64,000 bases of DNA from a bacterium (GTDB lineage: Bacteria; Patescibacteriota; Minisyncoccia; UBA6257; GWB1-50-10): the NCBI GenBank assembly GCA_021801565.1, contig JAJYXV010000015.1, positions 23,839 to 87,838 of the forward strand, read 5' to 3'. Positions 60,096 through 64,000 of the stretch are shown here, piece by piece. Position numbers and translations under genes: made by a program. The notes under the pieces were generated by a model that ran no database searches, had not been told where the DNA came from, and was given only the letters and a program-made list of their open reading frames with translations. Within the stretch, counting starts at the first letter, position 1, and each line of letters opens with the position of its first letter.

Positions 60096-61844
60096 ATGCC
60101 TCAAACAAACGAAAAATCAAACGCGCAGGATAATCTTTCAAACATCATTGCTCCCGCAGGCGTTGAAACGGGTTCAAATTATTTGAAAATAGGTGACTAC
60201 TATGCAAAAACATTTTTTGTATTCAATTATCCGCGTTTTATTTCGAGTGGATGGTTTTCTCCAATTATCAATTTGTCAGAGATGATGGATATTTCAATAT
60301 TTGCCCACCCAATGGATACCGGGCTGGCACTCAGGAATCTGAGAAAAAAAGTTGCACAGGTCGAGGCAGAAATAAATGAAAAACAAGACAAGGGAATTGT
60401 ACGCGATCCAATGCTCGAAACAGCATATGAAGACATTGAAAATTTGAGAGACTCGCTTCAACAAGCGAGAGAAAAACTTTTTCAGGTCGCGATCTACATT
60501 ACGATTTACGGAGAGGATTTAAAAAATCTTTCGAGGCTTGAAAATACACTCGAATCGCTTTTAGACAGTAAGTTGGTATATATAAAACCGGCGCTTTTCA
60601 GACAAATTGAAGGATTTAATTCCGTGCTTCCGATTGGAAAAGATGAACTCGCAGTAAATACCCCCCTTAACTCAGGTCCTTCATCCTCGCTTTTTCCATT
60701 TGTCTCTCCGGATCTTACTTCAGACAAAGGAATTCTCTTTGGGCTCAATATGCACAACAATGGTCTCATTATTTTCGACCGCTTTTCGCTTGAAAACGCA
60801 AATACGGTGGTGTTTGCAAAATCAGGATCAGGAAAGTCTTATGCATCAAAACTCGAAATACTCCGCTCTCTCATGGTGGGAACAAATGTAATTGTCATTG
60901 ATCCAGAAAACGAATACCAAAATCTCGCAAATTCAATTGGAGGAAGTTATTTTAAAATTTCACTCACCTCACAAAATCACGTAAACCCGTTTGATATTCC
61001 CGTAATTCCCGAGGGCGAGGAACCGGCCGACGTATTTAAATCTCATGTATTAAATCTGAGTGGACTCTTAAAATTGATGTTAAAAGAAATAAGCGCGGAA
61101 GAAGATGCAATTCTTGATCGCGTGATTATTGAAACGTACGCATCACGCGACATTACTGCTGAAAATTTTGGAACGATAAAAGAATTGAACCCGCCGCTTT
61201 TGGAAGATCTTCAAACTGTTTTAGAAAATACTGAGGGAGGACAAAATATGGCAAAACGACTGGAGAAATTCACTCGCGGATCATATGCCGGATTTACTAA
61301 TGCGCCGACGAATGTCGATATTAAAAATCGTCTTATTGTATTCTCTATCCGCGATCTTGAAGAAGAACTCCGTCCAATCGCAATGTATATTGTTCTAAAT
61401 TTTGTATGGAATCTTGTCCGATCTGAATTAAAACGCAGACTTCTTGTTGTTGATGAAGCGTGGTGGATGATGAAGTATAAAGACAGCGCATCGTTTTTAT
61501 TCGGTCTCGTAAAGCGTGCAAGAAAATATTACCTGGGAGTTACCACCATCACGCAAGACGTCGAAGATTTTTTGAAATCGGAATATGGAAAGCCAATTGT
61601 CACTAACTCATCAATACAATTACTCTTAAAACAGTCGCCGTCGAGTATTGGGGTGGTAACACAAGCATTTGATTTAACCGGCGGCGAACAATCATTGCTT
61701 CTTGAGGCGGGCGTGGGAGAGGGACTTTTCTTCGCTGGGCTAAAACACGTGGCGATAAAAATAATTGCCTCCTATACCGAAGATCAGATCATCACCACAA
61801 ATCCAGAACAAGTACTCCAGACCAAAGGGTTGTCATCCTTATAA
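60096..61844 (+). CDS. VirB4-like type IV secretion ATPase
   Basis: Walker A AKSGSGKS, IDPENEY, Walker B VVDEAW, RARKY, ITQD. Confidence 0.92.
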   Translation: MPQTNEKSNAQDNLSNIIAPAGVETGSNYLKIGDYYAKTFFVFNYPRFISSGWFSPIINLSEMMDISIFAHPMDTGLALRNLRKKVAQVEAEINEKQDKGIVRDPMLETAYEDIENLRDSLQQAREKLFQVAIYITIYGEDLKNLSRLENTLESLLDSKLVYIKPALFRQIEGFNSVLPIGKDELAVNTPLNSGPSSSLFPFVSPDLTSDKGILFGLNMHNNGLIIFDRFSLENANTVVFAKSGSGKSYASKLEILRSLMVGTNVIVIDPENEYQNLANSIGGSYFKISLTSQNHVNPFDIPVIPEGEEPADVFKSHVLNLSGLLKLMLKEISAEEDAILDRVIIETYASRDITAENFGTIKELNPPLLEDLQTVLENTEGGQNMAKRLEKFTRGSYAGFTNAPTNVDIKNRLIVFSIRDLEEELRPIAMYIVLNFVWNLVRSELKRRLLVVDEAWWMMKYKDSASFLFGLVKRARKYYLGVTTITQDVEDFLKSEYGKPIVTNSSIQLLLKQSPSSIGVVTQAFDLTGGEQSLLLEAGVGEGLFFAGLKHVAIKIIASYTEDQIITTNPEQVLQTKGLSSL

Positions 61845-61950
61845 TATATGCCCAGTGGTGATCCGCCAATTAGCGGACTACTAATCAGATCAGAAGATTC
61901 TTAGATAAAACAATGCCTTTTCAAATGTGTCTGCAATAGCATAAATATAT

Positions 61951-62382
61951 ATGGCCGAAGAAACAAAAAAAACTGGAGGGGAAAAAATAAAAACAGACGG
62001 AACAGAGCATAAAAAAAGATTTGGGACCGGAGAATTTATATTAGTTACCCTTATTTTGTTCTTTGCCGAGTTATTTGACTTTCTCATGAATATAGCATTT
62101 CCGATTCCTGTCGTGGGTCAAGTACTCTCAATTTTTGGAAGTTTATTTAGTTTTGTTGTTGGAGCATTTTTCCAGTTATATTTATTTTTAAAAGGGGCCC
62201 GCGGGATAGCTACGTGGTCAACAAGTATCGCCGGGTGGGTGGCAAATAGTATTCCGCTTCTTCAGATTTTTCCACTTCAAATTCTCGCATGGTTCGTAGT
62301 TGTAATAATTGAAAACAACCCAAAAGCACAAAAAATTGCTTCTGTCGCGAGTGGAAAGGCTGGTTCCGCAATAAAGAAATAG
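61951..62382 (+). CDS. Hypothetical membrane protein
   Basis: About 3 TM segments, IPVVG and IPLL motifs. Confidence 0.7.
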   Translation: MAEETKKTGGEKIKTDGTEHKKRFGTGEFILVTLILFFAELFDFLMNIAFPIPVVGQVLSIFGSLFSFVVGAFFQLYLFLKGARGIATWSTSIAGWVANSIPLLQIFPLQILAWFVVVIIENNPKAQKIASVASGKAGSAIKK

Positions 62383-62405
62383 TTTTTATTGTATAATTAG
62401 AGAAT

Positions 62406-63077
62406 ATGAAAGTGAGGTTTATATTTCTTCTGTTTTTCTTTTGTCTTCTTGTTTTTTCTTTTGTCTCGGCACAAACCGGAGGTAATCTCATCATTACATG
62501 GCATGCCAACAATTATGTCCCCGAAGATTTTCAAGAAAAAGCATTTCCGACAAACGGAAACACCGTTCAAGTTTCTGTGGAATTTTTATTAGGCCAAAAA
62601 ATACAGAACATCTCACAAGTAGATATATCATGGTTTGTTGATGGGGTATTTTTTACCAAGGGCACCGGATTGAAAGAGATGTCATTTCCCATCACAAAAG
62701 TTGGGAGAAGCTCACATTCTGTGCGGGTTGTTATCCAAACAAAAACCGATAAATATGAGGGAATTATTTCCATTCCTGTGTTTAATCCGATAATAACGAT
62801 TGAAAACAAATACCCGCGCGGACTTGTTCGTTCTGGCGAACAAGTAAGCTTCTTTGTCATTCCATATTTTTTCAACATTTCATCACCATCTGAAATCACT
62901 TCTTTATGGACAATAAATGGCAACGCACAGGAGGGAACTCGCGATACGCTTCTTACATTAAATATTGGCGCTCCAAAAACTTCAGAACAAAAAAACATGA
63001 CAATTGAATCGTTCGTACAAAATATAAAAAACGGGCTTGAGTTTGCAAAAGAAAAAATAAACCTTTATATACAATAA
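62406..63077 (+). CDS. Hypothetical exported protein with Ig/PKD-like beta domains
   Basis: Signal peptide, W.A.NYVP, WFVDG, PYFF, WTING. Confidence 0.7.
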   Translation: MKVRFIFLLFFFCLLVFSFVSAQTGGNLIITWHANNYVPEDFQEKAFPTNGNTVQVSVEFLLGQKIQNISQVDISWFVDGVFFTKGTGLKEMSFPITKVGRSSHSVRVVIQTKTDKYEGIISIPVFNPIITIENKYPRGLVRSGEQVSFFVIPYFFNISSPSEITSLWTINGNAQEGTRDTLLTLNIGAPKTSEQKNMTIESFVQNIKNGLEFAKEKINLYIQ

Positions 63078-63080
63078 TTT

Positions 63081-64000
63081 ATGGTAAAACCAATTTTTAA
63101 AATAATATTTCTCGTTGTTTTATTTACATCACTTGCTGTTGTTGCGCGCGCAGCCGTCATAGATTACAAATTTCCTTGTTCAAATTTTGGAACAGAACTC
63201 CTTGGATACACCGATTGTGCATCTGCTGATACCTCCGCTAGTATCCCCAACTATATACGGCGTCTATATCAATTTGCGATCGGTATTTCCGGAATACTTG
63301 CTGTGGGAATGATGGTGGCGGGAGGAATACTTTATACCGTCTCCGGTGGAAGTCCCGACAAACAAAACGAAGGAAAAGATATGATTTTTTCGGCGCTCTG
63401 GGGACTTGGGCTTTTATTTGGCGCGTATATTATTTTAAACACAATAAATCCGCAACTTACTGAACTGAAAGAGCCAGACGCACCACAATTTACTGGCACC
63501 AATTACACCAATCCAGCGGAAACCGCCCTGGGGCAGCCATGGGGGTGGTGCGAGGCGTCAAAAGCAGAGTGTGCTGCTGCAATACAAAAAAGCAGTAATT
63601 CAACCTCAACGGGAATTAGTTGTTGTCTTGCGGTAAAACAAAATACTGGATTGGCCGATTGCAAAGCCGATGGATGGGGATGGGATAATAGACCAAACAT
63701 ACAAAAAAGTTGTTGCATTATTGGATCTGTTATTGGTAATTGTGCCTACGGGACAGGTGCAATGACCAATACCCAATTACAACAAAGAGAAGAACAGATA
63801 AGAGAAACGCTCAGGTTGGGTGGAATAACGGTAAATAAGACATGTTATATTCCAACCCAAGACGGTTGTACCAATGTTGGATTACTTCCTGAATCAACAA
63901 TTGATGCCCTTCTTACAATAAAAAAGAAGTGTAATTGTGACGTGATGGTAACTGGCGGTGCAGAAACCGCGGGCCATAAAACACACGGACCAGGAAAACC
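63081..64000 (+). CDS. Pilin-domain fusion protein with Cys-rich linker (3' end runs off the window)
   Basis: Manual translation: signal peptide, GGILYTVSGGSPDKQNEGKDMI..ALWG...AYIILNTINPQL, then a Cys-rich region and VTGGAETAGHKTHGPGK. Confidence 0.8.
   Translation, partial: MVKPIFKIIFLVVLFTSLAVVARAAVIDYKFPCSNFGTELLGYTDCASADTSASIPNYIRRLYQFAIGISGILAVGMMVAGGILYTVSGGSPDKQNEGKDMIFSALWGLGLLFGAYIILNTINPQLTELKEPDAPQFTGTNYTNPAETALGQPWGWCEASKAECAAAIQKSSNSTSTGISCCLAVKQNTGLADCKADGWGWDNRPNIQKSCCIIGSVIGNCAYGTGAMTNTQLQQREEQIRETLRLGGITVNKTCYIPTQDGCTNVGLLPESTIDALLTIKKKCNCDVMVTGGAETAGHKTHGPGK

Overview
Chromosomal segment of an AT-rich, reduced-genome bacterium. Gene content (C-terminally truncated ValRS, HppA, tandem TrbC/VirB2-like pilins, PrgI-VirB4-VirB6-like cluster, tRNA-Ile(UAU), few Shine-Dalgarno sites) points to Patescibacteria/CPR, probably Parcubacteria (inference). 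Housekeeping genes include tsaD, valS, murD, hppA, nusA, ftsK, recA, folD, glyA, ftsH (two in-frame TGA codons), an S1-domain rpsA, gyrA, a Xer-like recombinase, rpsO, pnp, comM and rsmA, plus three intact tRNAs. The most unusual signal is non-coding and consists of several families of short repeated elements. (1) A 38-bp motif, TATAACAT-N8-CGATCG-N8-ATGTTATA, occurs six times. Two copies bracket a PaaX/Cas2-like gene and one sits in-frame inside rsmA. (2) Loop-less perfect 40-42 bp palindromes have CGNNCG cores, and one family brackets an ArsR gene. (3) 113-146 bp TCCCGT...ACGGGA inverted-repeat elements have 4-bp target duplications, and one carries an intact tRNA-Val inserted into the anticodon loop of a decayed tRNA-Val. 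(4) Heptamer-repeat tracts accompany intact, internally deleted and empty four-helix-bundle cassettes, and also occur as in-frame peptide insertions in core enzymes. All calls come from reading the sequence; no database searches were run.
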